From: Lingula anatina
Taxonomy: Eukaryota; Animalia; Brachiopoda
Reading direction: 5' to 3'
Length of the DNA stretch: 64,000 bases
Assembly (NCBI GenBank): GCA_051362555.1
Contig: CM120646.1
Location: forward strand, 372,001-436,000
Under the pieces are notes generated by a model. That model was given only the letters and a program-made list of their open reading frames with translations, had not been told where the DNA came from and made no database searches. The translations under genes were made by a program, and so were the position numbers. Positions 49,420-64,000 of the stretch are shown piece by piece. The first letter of the stretch is position 1, and every line of letters begins with the position of its first letter.

Positions 49420-50552
49420 AGAATACAGTTTCTGTGCATCAAGGTGAACTCCCGTTCATATATATATATATCTAAGAAAGATGTTTTTTTCCTGAAAATA
49501 TTAAAATCATATCCGAAATTCTTCGTTCTTTAAGGCTGCATATTTCTGAGGTATCTATCGTTGTGTGCTAGCAACAAGGGTCGTTCCATACCTCCAAATT
49601 TAGTCTTTCAAAATTGATCAAGAAATGAAGCTACTTATTATAAGTTTAAAAACCTCCATGCTTAATGTCAACTGCAATAATCACAATCGAGTGCAGCACA
49701 TCCAGTCACAATTAGAGTTTGTCTTCTCTAACGCAATCTACGCTGACACGTCTTTGGGAACGTTGTTCTTGATCTTCACCTTTTTTCTTACACCCAAATA
49801 ATTTTTTTGTAACTATACAAAAACAGATTTGTCTTACATTATCAAGCACAACTCTAAGAATATTTAGATTTCCAGTACTAGAATACCACCGAGATACAGA
49901 GAGAGAGGGAGAGAAGGCAAAACTCTGGCACAATATCGCTAGACCAAAATGGAAATATTTTCTGGGATAAAATGTTATCAAAGGGGAAATATGCAGAAAA
50001 ATGAGTTCAATCTCAGAGTAAATTGATGTCATCCCAAAGCACAGACAAATATCAAATTTGAAGAACAAGGTGTTGTGTTATGTATTGCGGTAGAAAAACG
50101 CGTAATATTACAGAAGGCAATCACAGTTTCCCCAAAAAAATCTTAGCCTTCACGACAAGTGCAATTGCCAATTTAAAATCACGTAGTCAGCTTCTATAAT
50201 GCAATTTATTTGAACCAAACTTCCAATTGTGTTCACGGTGGCAGAGAAAACTTCCGGTAAAATTGTGTCATATTTTTATATTTTTAGGTTACTCCGTTTG
50301 ACGTCCGTTTTTTACTTGCGTATACAACACGCTGCCTTTAAAAATTAAAAGAAAAATGTTCGTTGGATGGCGTTTAATTTCCAATTAACAATTTCTTTCG
50401 AATAAATACCAAAGTGACTTTTATTCTACACGATATGATTTCTGTTTGCGTGAATCAAAGAAAAGCAAAAAACACATGACGTAATGAAACAATCAAAGCC
50501 AAAACACATTTTACGTTAAAGGTCTCGCGCTCACCCTTGGTCAAAAAAGCAT

Positions 50553-50841
50553 AGACCGATTGCACACGACGTCAGTTACTGCCCACTTGACTTAAACCTT
50601 TGCAGCATACTTCCAAAGGGTGCCCCCCTCCCCCCCATCCTTCCGGACTCTGCTGCCATGTATTTTTGGTAGTGTTTCAGATTATTACCACCCTCCCAAA
50701 AATTGTAGTTCCTCCACTGCTTTTATACATGGTTTACACAGAAAGGGCGCAATGTGAGGTCAACCTGCAAACTGCAGTATATCAGGATGCGGACAGTGAC
50801 GCTAGAAGGTAGTCCAGCGATGACGTCGGTGCAATGGGTCT
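50553..50841. mobile_element. MITE with ISL2EU-like ends
   Basis: TIRs AGACCGATTGCACACGACGTCA / TGACGTCGGTGCAATGGGTCT, flanked by AT on both sides. Confidence 0.75.
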
Positions 50842-52101
50842 ATACGGATATCTACAAAAACGCCATACTGAAAACCAACACTCATATAATGTTATAGCAC
50901 CAAACAAGCAAAACCTGGCCATTTGAACGACTAGAATACATACAGTATTCTTTGTAAAAACTAAAAACTCTCAATACAAGTGAAACTTTCAAAGTTAATC
51001 TGAATTTGACATATCATAAGAAAAACCAAAATGCTGGCAATACTTTAACTATAAACTATGAATATGAACAGGCAAGACCGGCAGTTAAATGATTACATTG
51101 AAAACGTTGGCAGAATGTATTTTGCACTTTAAACATACAAACGATATAATACTGTTAAATATTCTAATGACGGTGAACATAAAATCTAACTAAGGTAAAT
51201 GAAAATAACAACTGGATATCATAAAGGATGTTTGATTTTGATAAATTTAGAATAATAATACTACGGTTCACATGGCTTGAATTCCTCGTTTTATGGCACA
51301 AATGAGGTATAGTGTACGCTATGCTAGTTTTGAATACCGATCTTGTATAGTAATAAACCTGTTTGTAAGTTTTTGTCATAAATTTAAGTCCATCCCTAGA
51401 CAGATCCCATAAAATTCACAGCACACCACAAAATAAAATATATCATACATAAATAAAATCCGCTATATTTTACAAATATCTAAAAGTAATACTTCATGAC
51501 GGACATAAAGCCACTGGTCCCACTACCATTTTCTGAAAGCAAAACTATTTTAAAATCTGAGAAACAGACACTCCTTCTTCTGAAATTTCACTTTATAGTT
51601 TCACTAAATAATTCATGGATGCTGCTTCGAATAGTTTTCAGATATCTCACTGGCACTAACTTTGGCAAAAATAAAACAAGTTTTGAACTTGTCACTTGTA
51701 TTTTAGTTATAGTAATTGAAAAAGAGGTTTTTAAACTTAGGAATATAGTCAAAAATAGTCTATAGAGGTTATGATAAAATAAGAAAACTCTCAAAATATT
51801 TCTCTCTTAATAAATTGATAAGTTGTCATCTATGTAAAATATTAACACATATTTGCTGCACTTTTCAAATTCAATAAAATTGTGACCTGCATAAAAACAG
51901 CCACACTTTTTTTTCTTCAAATTTTGTCGCTGAACAGGCTGTTCCAGTGTTGCATTTCATGGGTTCTACATCTAGTGACATGGCAATGTGACTTGTGACA
52001 AGTAGATATATATACAATATACAAACACCACAACACTTCTATATGATCCATCTTTCTCTCTTCCTCACAAAGCTGCAGGAAATATGATCAGTGTTGTGAA
52101 A

Positions 52102-63142
<11,041 letters not shown>

Positions 63143-63299
63143 TATAACAGCTTGAGCGATAGTCTGGAAACGGTGGATTTTATCAACAGATATTTGGGCT
63201 TAATTTTCGTCAAAATCAGAAATATATTCTCAATCACTTCAAGGTATTGATGATAGGGAGTCCCACAAAATCAATCGAATGTAAAAACTCTCAACGTCT

Positions 63300-63600
63300 T
63301 CGCGTATTTCGTCTTCAAAATGTATTGGCTTCAGAAAGAGCCCGAGCAGCTCTAACCCTGGTTTGTTTTGAGAACTGACTGTAGTAGATTAGGTGTTATA
63401 AATGGACCGCTAAGCCCTATATCTAGAGCGCAAATGTTTACGATTCTATCGAACTGAATGGAAAACACGTCTTATCGCGCGGCGAGGGCAGACAGGCCAC
63501 GTGCTTCTCGTGTGATTGGACGAAAAGGAGGTGTGTCCAAGACGAGTTGATTGTGTGGTCTACAACTCTGACGTCAGCGCAACGTGCGTAATGTCTCTAT
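63300..63600. promoter_or_regulatory. CpG-rich promoter region upstream of UPP
   Basis: CpG-rich; CACGTG at 63498, ATTGG (CCAAT on the - strand) at 63515, full CRE TGACGTCA at 63569; lies just upstream of the UPP ATG. Confidence 0.55.
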
Positions 63601-63966
63601 TAATCTGTATTTGTTCGCTATTTAGTATTCATAATTTTGTTTCGTTGACTTTTATTCTACTTTCATGTTTATATGACTTGAGTGTTACACCGCAAGCTGC
63701 CCTATTTATTTATTTTTCCATCATTAGATCCGATAACAGGAAAAACGAAATAACCAACCTGTATAGGTCCTTATTTTTTTAAAAAAATTTCTGAATTATA
63801 AATTCAAAGTAAATAAACCAGGAAGTAAATAAATGAATTAGGAAGGTTAAAGGACTTCCGGCGCCCTGGGTATCATGTCCAGTACCCCACTTGCAAAACA
63901 ATTAATAGGATGTTAAACCTGACATTCTACTGTACCCATATTCAGTCCTAGCCAGGGCCGTAGCCT

Positions 63967-64000
<34 letters not shown>

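Overview
AT-rich, intron-rich animal genomic DNA (GT-AG spliced genes, microsatellites, MITEs, gene-body CpG depletion). It looks like a bilaterian invertebrate, but the species cannot be determined from this window. Three protein-coding genes were reconstructed by hand with consistent splice phases. (1) Chimaerin (SH2-C1-RhoGAP; CHN1/CHN2 ortholog), + strand, 13 coding exons 1840-15150, 465 aa. (2) A single-coding-exon 125-aa gene at 35001-35378 (+) carrying the PRR15/PRR15L motifs. (3) Uridine phosphorylase (UPP1/2 type), - strand, 8 coding exons 63142-52102, 308 aa. Mobile DNA: a near-intact CR1/L2-group LINE ORF2 in the last UPP intron, an RTE 3' fragment, a fossil two-ORF ISL2EU-like DNA transposon (19333-21909), several MITE families and a HINE-like element. 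Highlights: the chimaerin-PRR15 gene order matches human CHN2-PRR15 as I recall it; a stop-free in-frame chimaerin intron sits where vertebrate alpha1/beta1 isoforms begin; eight 58-bp tandem copies duplicate a UPP splice acceptor; and CAGGTG E-boxes are dense across the PRR15-like locus. All family assignments come from recalled motifs, not from database searches.
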